Source of the DNA: Paraspadella gotoi
Lineage: Eukaryota; Animalia; Chaetognatha
DNA length: 64,000 nucleotides
Reading direction: 5' to 3'
Assembly: GCA_051294375.1 (NCBI GenBank)
Contig: CM119268.1
Location: forward strand, 13,213,770-13,277,769
The notes beneath the pieces were generated by a model. It had not been told where the DNA came from, ran no database searches, and was given only the letters and a program-made list of their open reading frames with translations. A program made the position numbers and the translations under genes. Numbering within the stretch: position 1 is the first letter of the stretch; every line of letters starts with the position of its first letter. This document shows, piece by piece, positions 12,226 to 24,904 of this stretch.

Positions 12226-13732
12226 TCCTGTCCCTTTTTTTTTCCATTTTCATTTTTTTTCGTCTCAATAAATATTCCAGCCGGTCGTCACAAAAGCATA
12301 TAAAAGTTCAGGTGAAAAAAAATTTCCGTTTTTTTTTTTCGCTTATCCTCCCTCACATTCACTCATTCCTTCAGTTTTTGCCGATGACCTCCTGAGATAA
12401 TTATCGTCAATTATGGAGACAGGAAAGAGAACAAAAAGAAATTAAAACAATTTCTCACTTTTTTCAAGTACTAATAAAAAAGAAATTACAAAACCCAGAA
12501 ATTCACAAAAAAAAAGAAGCCCATGAGTTGAGATTGAAAGAGAGCTTAGAGGCCAAAGTAGTTTTATCCTATTTTAACTGTATCTTTAGGATTTTAACCC
12601 TTTTAAGCAATCATTTTCGATCTGTTTCCAATATGTTAACAGCAAAGTACGCATTAGACATCTGAGGGTGCCCTTAATTCAATTAATATTTATTAAAAAA
12701 ACATTTTAATTAAAAAAAAATGACAGCAATAACACTGACAATAACAGTGACCATTACGACCCTTAGGTTTATTGATTTAGGTCGAGTAATGTTGTAATAT
12801 ACGTAATTTATTAATTTAGTTATATGAACTTGGTACAACCAACATAAAATTATTCATTGATTCTATAAACAGGCTATCTAACTTATAATATATAATATTA
12901 ATACTTTAAAATTTAAGTTATTAAAGTTAAGGGCAAGATAGCCAGTTTATTTTTTTTATTTTTTTAATATTTTTTTAAAATTAATTTATTGAACTAATAA
13001 ATAATTTTATGTTGATTGTTTCAAGTTTATATGCTGAAATTAATACTTTCGTTTCGTCATTAAAATTTTATTTAAATTTATTTCCCTTTCGTCGCTTCAA
13101 ACAAACATCATTTTTCTTTTAGCTTTTTTCTTCTCCCCTTAGATGTCGCCCCAAACCTTGACAACAGATAGTTAAACAAAAGGCACCAGTCATGAGAAGA
13201 GAGAATAACTTTTCATAATCAAGTTTTGTAATCCAGCTGACATTTTCGACCTCAACCTATCTTCAAGATTTGATTCAGGCTCGTCCTCTGATTGGTCCAG
13301 TTCTACTTCGATCAGCAAGACTTCCACGATCTTGGGCGGATTTTTGCAGATGGGCTTTCCACGAGGCTGTAAACATCAAACAAAGCCGGTTTACATAATA
13401 AATATTCTCAGGTTTGCTTTGCGGCGGGAAAAAAGGAAAAATTAAATATTAGTTATTCCTTTCTAGTCACTTAATAAATATGTAAAATCAGTAAATTACC
13501 AGCCAAAATTCGCGGCGCTTAAGATAGCGGTCAGAACAGAATCGTTAAGAAGAAAAAAAATATTTTATTTCTTACTCGAAAGATGTGGGCCAAAAAAACT
13601 AAGTGCACTGATTCAAGATTAGCCTAGGATTTCCTTTTTTTTTCTGCTTTAAAAAATAATTACCCGAAGCCTTTTTCTTTTTTTTCTTCTTTTTTTTTCG
13701 TCATCGAAACTAAAAACTAATCAGGAAATAAA

Positions 13733-14310
13733 ATGAAGAAATTGATCTTGACCACTTTTCTGCTCTTGGCGGCGATTGCGTTGGTTGACTCCAGTGCCAA
13801 CGACGGCAAACTTCTTTTAGTGCAGGTGGGAAACTTTTGCTTTGAGATGGGGAGCTTCTCATTTCGTGTCGTATGGAATAAATAGAGTGATATCTCGTAA
13901 TGTCACAACTTTTAAGCATGTTCGCGATTAGGTAGACCATTTTAAGTTAATTTGTTTTTTTTTTAGATTGTCTTTCGTCATGGGGACAGAAGCCCGATCA
14001 CCATGTACCCAACAGATCCTTACCAAAGTGACAAATGGCCTAGAGGTTTGGGCGAATTGACCACTAAGGGAATCTGGAGATCGTTTAACTTGGGAAAGTT
14101 TTTAAAAAAACTCTATGTGGACAACATAAAGTAAGAATTAGATTGCATTAATGATAAATGAAATGCAAATGCTTTTGTAATTTTGAGCTTTTAATTTTGT
14201 AACGCTTTCAGGTTTTTGCCACCAATGTTCAACAAATCAGATGTCTATATTCTATCTACCGGTAAAGTAATATCTTGTTTATTTTTATTATTAATCAATC
14301 AATTTTTTTT

Positions 14311-14402
<92 letters not shown>

Positions 14403-16211
14403 TTCGATTCAAAGCAAATATGGATAATTTAAATATTATAATACGATATAACTAATATTATTTTTTTTCAGACTATGATCGCACCATCATGACTGCCGAG
14501 TCGGTGCTGACCGGCCTTTACCCTGGGGATATTCCAGCCGCGCGTTGGAACCCCGATCACCCCGACTTTCCATGGCAGCCGATCCCTGTTCACTCTGTAC
14601 CGAAGAAGGTAAAAATGGATTGATAACTTTTGTTATTATCAGATATTCTAAGATAAAAACTAAGGCCAGTTTGCCTATGGATCTAATTAAATTATATATT
14701 ATGGCAACAGCCGGGTTGCCTGTGATGCCCATTGGGATGGGGCATCTCACTGTTGGCTTTGGGGGCTTCTGACCCTCAGTGACGCCTCCAGTCACTGGCG
14801 CGGTTACCCCAGGACGGTCTCGCTTTGCCAACGCAGAGGGAAGACGTTAGAACTGTGGATGGAACACTACGCCTGGGATGGTGTGTTCCCCCTCTGAGCC
14901 AATGGATTTGGCTGACGGATGGTTGACGTGAGGCGGTGTGAATATACCGCCACAATATCTTACTTAGTTTTTTCACCTCCTTTGTTTTTTGTTTTTTTTT
15001 TAACATTCAGGATGACTACTTTCTCCGATTTGGAAACGATTGTCCGAAATACGAAATGCTAAAATGGAAAACTTTAGCCTCTAACCCGGTTCTCGCGGCT
15101 TTCCTCAACGATCCTTCCAACAGGAAGGTTATAGACGAAATCAAAAAATACTCTGGTACTAATTTTTTTCTCACGTCAAAAACTGTTTAAAAAAAGGAAC
15201 TGAAAGCCTGAATTTCAGCATATTCTTTACTCTACAGGGCTTCTGACGCCCGACGTGATGCTGTACAAATTGTACGACACGCTGTTGGTTGAACGAGAAA
15301 ATAATCTCACCCTCCCGACTTGGGTCGCACAAAAATATATGCAGGTAATATGGGCTTCGCTTCCGCATCCTCTTTAAAGATTATCATCAAAACTTTTCTC
15401 CGCTTTTTAGGTTCTTCAGAGACTGACTGTTTTGGACAATCAACTCCTGTTTTGGACGGAGGAGATGAAGCGCCTCGCGGGCGGGAATCTCTTGGCGAAG
15501 CTGCTGAAGAATGTGAATAGGAAGTTGGCGGTCGAAAAGTACGGCGGTTATCAAGACGACGGCGCCACTGAAATGGCTGAAAAGGCTTATCTATATTCCG
15601 CACACGATTCAACTCTATTGGCATTGCTCAGTAAATCATATCATTAGATATTATTAGACAGTGAGACTATTTTCATAAACGACCGTACTTTATTTCTCAG
15701 GCGCCCTGAACTACACTTGGCACACACTTCCTCACTACAACGCTTTTCTAGCGATGGAATTGTACGACTCACCGAAAGGACCTTTTATCAAATTCCTCTA
15801 CCGCAACGACGAGGAGGTGGAACCAAAAGATCCTCACCCGATTTACTTACCCGCCTGTCCAGGGACCTACGATTGCCCATTAAAAACGGGTAAGTTTGGC
15901 GCTTTTAAAAATCTTACATTTTATATTGAGGATTTAAAATCTTACATTTTCTGTAATCATTCTTAACATGTGCCTTTTGTTTTTTTCTGACAGTTTTACA
16001 ATACTACAACTCGACAAACCATCTCGTTGTTCGAAACTACTCGACAGAGTGCGCTCTTGATGCGGAGATGGAAGCTGGAGAGGAGTTTGAATTCGTCGTC
16101 GTTGGACTGGCTCTCGCCTGCGCGGTTTTGTCCCTAACACTCATTGTCATGATTGGACTGACTGTGAGGCAATACTTCAGTGACAAAAGGCCCGATAAGC
16201 GCGAATGGTGA
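13733..16211 (+). CDS. histidine acid phosphatase, lysosomal/prostatic type (ACP2-like), with signal peptide and C-terminal TM anchor, ~9 exons
   Basis: Signal peptide MKKLILTTFLLLAAIALVDS. Catalytic motif FRHGDRSP (13976-13996) followed by YPTDPY and WPRGLGELT. Also DYDRTIMTA, WQPIPVHSVP, YSAHDSTL and CPGTYDCPL. C-terminal TM VVVGLALACAVLSLTLIVMIGLTV followed by RQYFSDKRPDKREW and stop TGA at 16209-16211. GT-AG introns. Confidence 0.92.
14309..14403. repeat. (CTTT)n microsatellite in phosphatase intron
   Basis: Near-perfect TTTC array. Confidence 0.9.
14703..14954 (-). mobile_element. ~250-nt structured dispersed element (copy 1, in phosphatase intron 4) carrying a twister-P5-like ribozyme
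   Basis: GC-rich island in an AT-rich intron, homologous to 36518-36709. Terminal hairpins GGCAAC-agccgg-GTTGCC and GGCGGTGT-gaat-ATACCGCC, plus several internal stems. No clear TSD. Confidence 0.75.
14752..14832 (-). ncRNA. twister ribozyme, circularly permuted type P5 (probably partly decayed)
   Basis: Minus strand reads GTTGGC(P5) AAA GCGA(P2') GA CCG(T1') TC-CTGG-GG(short P1) TAA CCGC(P2) GC CAGTGAC-tggaggc-GTCACTG(P3) AGGG-TCAGAAGC-CCCC(P4/L4) AAA GCCAAC(P5'). Predicted U/A cleavage is between 14806 and 14805. There are three A-C mismatches (P2, T1, P4). Confidence 0.6.
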
Positions 16212-17434
16212 TTGGGACGAGTGTGTTTTAAGATGTAAAAGCATATTAATTATGATTGACTACTTGAGTTTATACTTTATTGTATTTCTGTTAATATACC
16301 GGAAGAAATATTTTGAGCGTTTGATTTTGTTTGTTGTTCATTTGGTGAACAATGATTTCTTTTAAATGGAAAGGCTGTTGATTAATTTATCTTTTTTTTT
16401 TTTTTGGTTCAAGATTTTGTATTACAAATCTTGTGATATGTTTCCGCCATTTTATTAAAAATTTCTCGCTCAAAAAACTTACTGGACTATTTTCATATGC
16501 CTGTTGTTTATCACGTTTTAGTTATTACGTTTTGACTTAATGGTTACTTTAACAAATATATGTTTCTGCAATCAGTTGAACCCAAGCGTTTGATATGTAG
16601 TTACTATCAGGCAGCGTTTCAAAAATTATACGAGAAATCGTCAACGAAATCCTCTTACTCTCAGGAGGAAAGAAAAGAAAGAAATCAAGTTGCATTCGAC
16701 GTGAAAATCGAGGGAATGAATTTGAATTCAATTATTTAAATAACAGACAAAAGTTACTTTTCTCAATGGATCAAGTAAATGAAATATTAATCATGATATT
16801 GTTTTGTCGAAACTAGAAATATTTATGATTTTACGGCGGGAAAATATACTGAACAATTAGGAACTTGTATTACCAACGTTCCATCATTGTAGTACCGAAG
16901 TCCTAATTTCGTTTTGACAAAATTGAGACGGACATACGGATTGCACCTCATGACACTTTCCGTCGATTTACTTTTTTGTTTATCTATCTCGGTGCAGCTG
17001 CTGAGAAAGAGACAGAGTAAGAGAGAGAGATAGAGACAGAGTAATAGAGAGAGCGAGAGCGCAACTCGGTCATGCAACTATCCTCGAAAAATTCGCTCAA
17101 ACGAAGTCGACGACCGATAAAAAAAAGTTCGTCTCAAGGGAATTGACCAGAGCGTTGATGATGATAAAGAAAATTAGGATGAAAATGATAATGTGGATTC
17201 TTAATAAAATCGGTAACTATATCTATGTATAGTATTGTATACTCTATGATATACTCTAAAAATGTTTTGCATAGAATCGGAATTTTTCTTTTTCCCGCTT
17301 GTTTATTAAATGAATGAATAATTTTTATATTGGTTGTACCGATTTTATACGTAATGAAAGTAGGTACTGTACATTGTACAAGACCGAAAACTTCGAGATA
17401 TATTGTTCAGTTTTGAGCCCATCTCGTCTTGAAA

Positions 17435-17827
17435 TGACGTGTAGAAAATGACGTCAAGCGCCTAAAAAAACAAATGACGATTGACGGCGACGACGTTAAA
17501 TGAGACGTCAAAGACGACGAAAACGACGACAAATATATTGAAGAACAAAGATGCCAATGAACATTTGGGCTGACGACAAAGAGGAAAACAGTGGCTCATT
17601 CATACTTCGACCATCTGCTTCGGAGGGTCAAGATGACAAAAGATTCGGAGAGATCGAAATGGAGATGGTCTGAGGAAGGAGAGACACCGAATCGGAGAGA
17701 GGACGAGGCCAAGTTATTTTAAACGCAGTTTGTTCCTCCATTTTCTCCGAGAAACGAAAAAAAGTTTTCGAATTCGCGACGAAGCACGAAAAGTCAGTTC
17801 GTGTCAAAACGCGTTTCGTTTTCAAAG
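17435..17827 (+). promoter_or_regulatory. putative promoter and non-coding first exon of the large plus-strand locus
   Basis: CRE palindrome TGACGTCA (17449-17456) and half-site TGACGTG (17435). Strong donor AAG|GTAAGT at 17827, with an acceptor at 20230 just before ATG 20250. Confidence 0.3.
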
Positions 17828-20249
17828 GTAAGTTCAATTTTATAAAAAGGAAAAGAAGAAGCGTTCTTTCCCATTTTTTTTTCGGAAATTGTGCGAATTC
17901 TGAGTCGGCGATCTATCGATCGATAAGATCGAAAAACCCACATTCGAGAGTCGAATCGAGATCGTGTGCCTTTGATGGGAATGACCGATTTCTCTTAATG
18001 GATTAAAACTGGGAAATTATAAGCTAAAAATATTCCCTTTTTTTTCAGTCAAATTGAATCTATGGCCAATTGGCCATCTTGTTATCTCGTTTCATATATT
18101 AATTATCCGTTTAAAAAAAAAAAAAAAAAAAGAATGTATAGCTAATGGCAAAAATCTAGATCGAGGACTGACGTTAATAGTATAAGGCAATCGATCGTCC
18201 GAATTCCAAATCAATCGACGTCGAATCTCTTGATCGAAATTCCGCTTCGAATGATGATTAATTTTCTTCCTCCTCTATTCTCGATGCGGGCGGATCAAAC
18301 GTTCAAATGGCGCTCGTCGCCTGATGCCTAAGAATCTATGATCCCTTTAACGCCTGTCATTTGGCGTAGGAGAAAGGGTTTCGTGGACGGACGTTTCTTT
18401 TCTGTACGCCGAAACGCTGTCGCCTGACGAAATCATTTTCGGCGCCTGTCACACGCGGCGTGTGGGATTAAAACCCACGCGAACCGACTGACGACGGTAG
18501 AGCCTTAATTCCTCTTAATTAATTCGAACCTAAATAGAAGATCGATTGTTTTTACGAATGTTTCGGATCATCGTCGAGATTTGTAGTAACGTAAGGAAAA
18601 AAATTATATATTACTTTAAATTGCGTTACGTACTTAAGACAAAATTCGAATCAATTTGCGTCAACTTTTATAATTCTCGTGCCCCGTGGGGTATTTCGCT
18701 TTTTAGGTCGTAATTTAGAATTTTTGACGTTTTTCGTGATGCCGGAGAGGCCGTGTTTCCCACGGAACCGCGCCAAACATTATTAAAAAAAAAAAAAAAG
18801 AATTAAAAAGGTATTTGAATTGCTTTCTTTCAATTTACCAAAATCTAAAATTAATTTTAAACTACAATACTAAACATTAAAAGAAATTTTTCACAACTTT
18901 AACTAACTCGAAATTGAAAGAGTCGAAACATGTACGTTCATAAAAAATAAAATCGGTGTTTAAAAACTAAAAAAAAATTCTTTGTTTATAACTAACAATG
19001 TGAAAATAATAACTTAATTTAAACGGACACATGAAGCAACATATAGTTATATAAACAACTTGCAGGAAAATAAAGTAATATGAAATATAAAAAGTAATGT
19101 ATTAAAGTGAAACGACATGAAACAATTTGGTAAAATATAAAACAAGAGGAACCACTATTGAATTTGAGAAAGCGTTCGAGCGCGAGACCAAAGGAGAGCG
19201 AATCCGAAACCCGTTTCCTCTTTCCGGAAAAATCGACCAACTGCCAAATGGAGACCGCCAAAAATCATCCACCGAAAAAAAAATCTAATTGGACGGAAAG
19301 TCAATGGCAATCCGCGGATGCGTCCTGCTGGAAAATAAACTGTAAACAATTCGCTAATCGTTTAACAACCGACTCTTTCAACCTAGGCTACTTGAGTCAA
19401 TTATAATCCATTCAAATCTGGTTGGATCGTAAAAAAGGTTATGTGTGAATGTAACTGAACGAGAATAATTTAGCTGGTTTTACGGGTAAAAAACTCTACG
19501 TGATACCTTATCGACTGCAAAAAAAAAAAGAAAAGAAAAAAAAAGTTAACATTGAAAAAACCGCAATCTAAAAAGAAAAGATCGGTACATTGATTGTAAA
19601 AGGAACTTCAAAGATTTCCTTGGTTTTTTCTTCTTATCTCTCTCTCTCTCTCTCNNNNNNNNNNTCTCTCTCTCTCTCTCTCTCCTTTTTTTCGCCAGCG
19701 TCTCTCCACCGCCCGCCCTTTATATTTTCGCCCGGCATTCCGGAAAATGTAAGACATTCTCTCTCAATAAGTGAATTAACCGTCCGGTTGATTGACTCCG
19801 GGAAAATTGGATCTCGATCCTTGCGGAAAAGACCTCAGGGTCCGGCGGGAAAGGGAGACGCCTTTGATTTTCTCCACCGCAAGAGGGAAGGGGGGATGAG
19901 AGAAAGGAGATTGTCGGTCGAGAATCGGGCAAATAACAAAAAAAAAAAAAAAATAAATAAAAAAAATTAAAAAAACGAAAAAAAGTAAATCCAGACAAGA
20001 AAGAAAACTTTGATGAGTTTTTTCCAGGAAAGAGGTTGATCGATTTTTTAAGGGAAAAGTCTACTTTCAAAAAAAAAAAAAAAAAGGCCCATTCTTCTTT
20101 TACAAAAAAGAAAAAAAAATTAAAACTTCATATTCAAATGGATTCTTTTAATTTCAATTGTTGTAGTTATAGTTTATATTATTTATAAAATCTTTAAATA
20201 TTGAGTGTTTCGATTTCGAAACCCCTGCAGCGGACGACCCGTTCCAAGC

Positions 20250-23200
20250 ATGACTCTCAAAGGCGTCAAGTTCTTCTCTTCGTCGCCCACGTCATCGTCC
20301 TCCGACGTCCCCGGCTTCGGATCGGATTGGAGCATACTTCGAGCCTTTCGTCGAGACCGCGGCCATCCGCGTATCGACGACGACGTCGGCGACGCTGGAT
20401 CGAAGGGCGGCTTCGGCGGAAGTTCTTCGTCGGTGTCGTCGATAAGGGAGAAGTGGAAGTGGAAAGGGAAGAGGAGGAAGAGGAGTTGGGGGAAGAAGAA
20501 CGATGGAGACAGAGAAGAGAAGAATGGAGAGGGTCGAGACGAACAGAGACGCAATGAAATCGATGGATCTGAACTTAGCGTCCGTCTTGCACAAGAAGAT
20601 TCGGAGATCCAGAAAAATACAGACACCACCGTTCGCCAATATGTCGTCCATCATAACGATGACGAAGACGACGAGGAAAACGATTACGACAACCTCAACG
20701 ATGACTTCGGCGTCGACGCCTCCGAACACCCGCAGCACGTCGTGAACGGCGACGTCAACACGACGCCAGAAGTAAACGGCGAACTCGACTGTCCCGTCAA
20801 CGGCGAACAAGAGGACGACGACGACGACGATTTTCTTCCTTTCATCCTCCGGCGCCCCAAACTGGCCGCCCGCGACCCGAACTCGCCCCGGCGTCGGCCG
20901 GAGGCGGAGGCTAGCGATTCGACGCCGGAACCGGATGTGGTGACGATCGTGGTTGATCATCGCTGCGCGGACGGACAAGTTCGATGCTACGTCGAGGCGG
21001 AGGGCCAAGGAGAGGAGACGAGAGCGATGGGACGGGACGGAGGGGGGATCGTAGAGTCATCCGCGTGGCGACTGAGACCGACGTTGATGTCCATGGGATC
21101 GTCGACGTCATTGCAGACGTCGAAGCCAAACGGAAATGACAGCAAAGGTGAGGAATTAAAGAGAACGCGTCTGTTAGTGATTTTTTCTTAATAATAGGAA
21201 GAAAAGGTCATTCACGGTCACAGTTGAATGGGCTAGCCTCGACGTTATTGTCTTCGTCAGCGTCTTACTCGTCGTTCTTGACGACGCCTATCTGTATTAA
21301 GGATAAAATTTATTAGTTTTAATACAGTATATTTTATAATATACTGTATACTATATACTATATCTTATACTTTATCAGATCGACTCCAAAATCACTTCTC
21401 CGTCGACGACATCCGATCTTCACTCATCCAAACTTCGATCGACGACATCAACGAATCCGCGGAGGACATTCGATCTTCCGTCTCGCATCTCGATCAAGTT
21501 CGTCTCCCCTTCGCTCCTTCAAAACTCGGACCTTCACCTTTGGCGTCGGACGTTAAAGTTTCTACTCCTGTAGACGTCACGTTATTGACCGGTGTAAGTC
21601 GCTCTACGCCCGCGGAAAACTCGGTCGTCAACGCCGCGATGGCGTTGTCGCGAGCTTTCCCCTCTTCGTACCGACCGACCGACTCTGTTGCGGCTTTTCC
21701 ATCAGAAACCGCGACTAAAGACGAGATCTTCCGACTCTCAACGACTTCGTCGACTCGACCGCCGACGGGGCCAGAGCTGGAATCACTCGAAGCAATGTTG
21801 AAGGAACTCTTGACGCCTCATTTAGAAACATCGACGGCCGCTCAGTCGGATTCAGATTTTTCCTTCGGAAAAACATCGACAACAACCAATTCGGATAATC
21901 TTCCCGTAAAACCAACTTCTCCTCGCCCGACTCTGTCTAAATTCCCCGATTTGGACGCGTTGCTGAAGGATCTCGCCAGCGTCGAGGACTCCTCGATGAC
22001 GGACACCGGTTCGACTTCGAAAAATGAAATCTCCAACAACTCGTCGACGTGGTTTCCCGCCAATTCCACGACGAAGATATCGACTACGACGTTGACGACG
22101 TCAGCAAAGTCGGATGATTCGTCTCTCGCAACGAGAAAGATAGAGATGCCATTGATATCGTCGAATTTCGCCTCAAATTTCCCGCCGGCTACGGAATCGA
22201 AACCATCCCTAACGACACCGCAGCCTTTGGATTTGATAATAACTCCGCCTTTGACGTTTCGTCGAGGATTCGCTCGCCCGGCCACGCCCATTTCCGGGAG
22301 GCGTCTCGATTCGTCGCTGATTTCATGGAGGAAGAGAGAAAAGTTTCGCCTTTCGTCGTCTTCGTTTCTGTCGTCGTCGTCGTCGTCGTCCTCGTCGTCA
22401 GATATGTCGTCTTCGAGGGCATCGGCCGTGATGCCGAAATCACTGGAAAAAAAGAGCCAGATGCGAGATACCGTACGGAAAAGCAAACCAGTGGAGCCGA
22501 TTGTCTTTACCCTCGCGTCGGCAAACTATGTCGGCACGTCGAAAGACCCGGCAAACTACGTCGGCGACTCAAGCTTTAAAATTGTGGGCGACGACCGACT
22601 CGCCTCCGCCAAGTTCCGAGACTGCACATTCCAGACTCAAGAAGGCGACGCCAAATATTTCGACTCAACAAAGAACAATTTCGCGGTTTTCGCCTCGAAA
22701 CCTGGAGTCGGTTCAGGTCCTAATTCGGGCAAGATCGGCATCGACATTCCGTCCCGCCGAGTAAGATTCGCTCCATCTCCGAGGGACGACGACCACATCG
22801 ACGAGGCCATTCGCGACGCCGACCCCGTCAGCGACGCCGCGAGCTTTGGCGTCACAACCCCCGCCCCTCATTCGACGGAATCCCTCGTCAACGTTCCCTC
22901 AGATCCTCTCGTGTCCGCCATCAACGCCATCTTCAGTCCGATGGACATTGGCGTCACTATTCCTGAATTGGGTCAAACGGACGCGACGGCGCCATTTCCG
23001 TCTGTGGCGCCGCCAGCGGCGTTTGCCTTTCCCTGCGTTCTTCCCGGGTCCCAGGAGTCCCCCTCTTCCTTCTCATCCATTTCTTCGATGTCTTCGAACT
23101 CCTTCGCGACTCATCCTCCCGATTCTCCTCGTCATTCTCCTCATTCTCCTCGTCATTCTCCTCATCATCAGCCGTCCAACCAATTTCAAGAGAATTCGCG

Positions 23201-23427
23201 AACGACTCCCGAACGATGGCGCCAGGCGCCGGAAATGATGGCGTCTCTGCCAGAAATGATGGCGTCTCTGCCGGAAATGATGGCGTCTCTGCCGGAAATG
23301 ATGGCGTCTCTGCCGGAAGGACTCGAGTTTACGTTCCGGGAGTTCGGGGATGAGGAAGAGGAGGAGGAGGAAGAGGAGGAAAAGGAGAGGCTAAAAGAAG
23401 ATGACGAAGAGGAGGAAAACGACGAAG
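20250..23427 (+). CDS. N-terminal module A (exons 20250-21147, 21379-23427) of a paxillin-like LD-motif protein
   Basis: The two exons join in frame (phase 1) into ~980 aa of S/T/D/P-rich sequence. It contains LDALLKDL (21951-21974, cf. paxillin LD1 LDALLADL) and LEAMLKEL, and ends at a phase-1 donor. Confidence 0.7.
23229..23318 (+). repeat. coding 21-bp minisatellite, 4 copies (PEMMASL)
   Basis: CCGGAAATGATGGCGTCTCTG x4 plus CCGGAA, with one synonymous variant (CCA). Confidence 0.95.
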
Positions 23428-24519
23428 GTTAGTTGTGATTTATGAACGGAAGGATCGTAAAAAATTCACTTTTCTAAAACCTTTCAGCGTTTCATAGTAA
23501 AAACATTGCCGTGTTTCATCTATCGTGTCATATTAGACGAGTCTTTGGGTATAATTTTGACGAGAAAAAAGAATTATTGCGGGATTGCAATATTCGCGGG
23601 GGGAAAAAAAAACCGCCTTGGAGTTTTGGCACATAGAGTCTACGTACTTTTTTTTATTTTCATTTAATTCATTCATTAATGTAATTTTTTTAAAAAATGA
23701 GTTGGCTTAAATCGATTGGCTTATTTCAGTTATTGGATAAGTTTTTCATAATTTCACGCTGACAAGTCGTTATTTTGTGGAGTAAAGAAGAAAAAAGAGA
23801 AAGAAATAAATAAATGTCTTTAAATTAGAACTGATTTGCGGTCGGAGAGTACACCCTCCTGGTCGTAAAGATAATTTTGCGGTATTTTTACGTGTTTATT
23901 TATCGTGGGGAGAAAAAGGAGAGGGAGAGGGAGATAGAGAGAGAGAGAGAGAGCCGGGTATCGGATTTAATTATCTTATTTGATACTAGTTAATCAAGGT
24001 GGAGTAATCAAATCCATGAAAGGAGGTTACGAAAAAAATTCTGAATCGGTCTCTTTGGCTTTGCTCTGCGATGAAAAAAAATACAACCAAACCAAAACAA
24101 TATTGGTGCATTACAAGTACTTTTGAGGTTGATGATTAAATTGCATTAGCAAAATTTTCTGTCGGCTGAGCGACATCCGGCCATGATAAGTTAAAATGGA
24201 TAAAAGATATTTCCTTTCCAAGAAAACCAAAAAAAATTACTCAAATTGATAAAAAACTACATAAAAGTTGACCATCGAAATGAGGTTGTTCTTTTTCAGC
24301 GTCCAAGCTGTTAAATTCTGTTAACTTCCAAACTTGAATTCTATCTGTCATAAATATTTAACTAGTGTCGGGAATTTTGAAAGCCTCCATTTTTATGTAT
24401 CATTCGACTCCGTAAATTTTTTTTTCTCTAAAACTCACACCTCGCGTGACATCCTCACATATCGTCGCCCGAAAAAAATTCAAATCCCTCACTTGAAAAA
24501 AAAATCTCGTCATGAAAAG

Positions 24520-24571
<52 letters not shown>

Positions 24572-24848
24572 ATGAAATCATTTTTATTATTTCTCTTGGT
24601 TTTTGTTTCCTAGTACTTCTTCGCTAGACTCAAATTTTCGTATCAATATACTAAAAATGTGTGAATCCCCAAAATCGAACGTTTTTGACCTATTCAATTA
24701 TTCTTCTCCGTATTATTATTCAATTAAAATTAATTAACTTTGTTTTTCGACGCGTCGTGGTGATTTTTGTGACGGAAGACAAATAATTTCTCAATAAAAA
24801 GAGACGGAAAAGGGAATGTGTTGATAAACACGACGAAGCACGGGCGTC

Positions 24849-24904
<56 letters not shown>

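Noticed and set aside
14703-14954. Element as a tRNA-SINE, solo LTR, Helitron end, hammerhead/HDV ribozyme or known snRNA/7SK/RNase P
   Set aside because: No A/B boxes, no consistent TG..CA ends with TSD in both copies, no CTRR terminus, no CUGANGA+GAAA or HDV core, and only short chance similarities to known RNAs.
23229-23318. CRISPR-like array
   Set aside because: Head-to-tail repeats without spacers, in frame within a eukaryotic exon; no cas genes.
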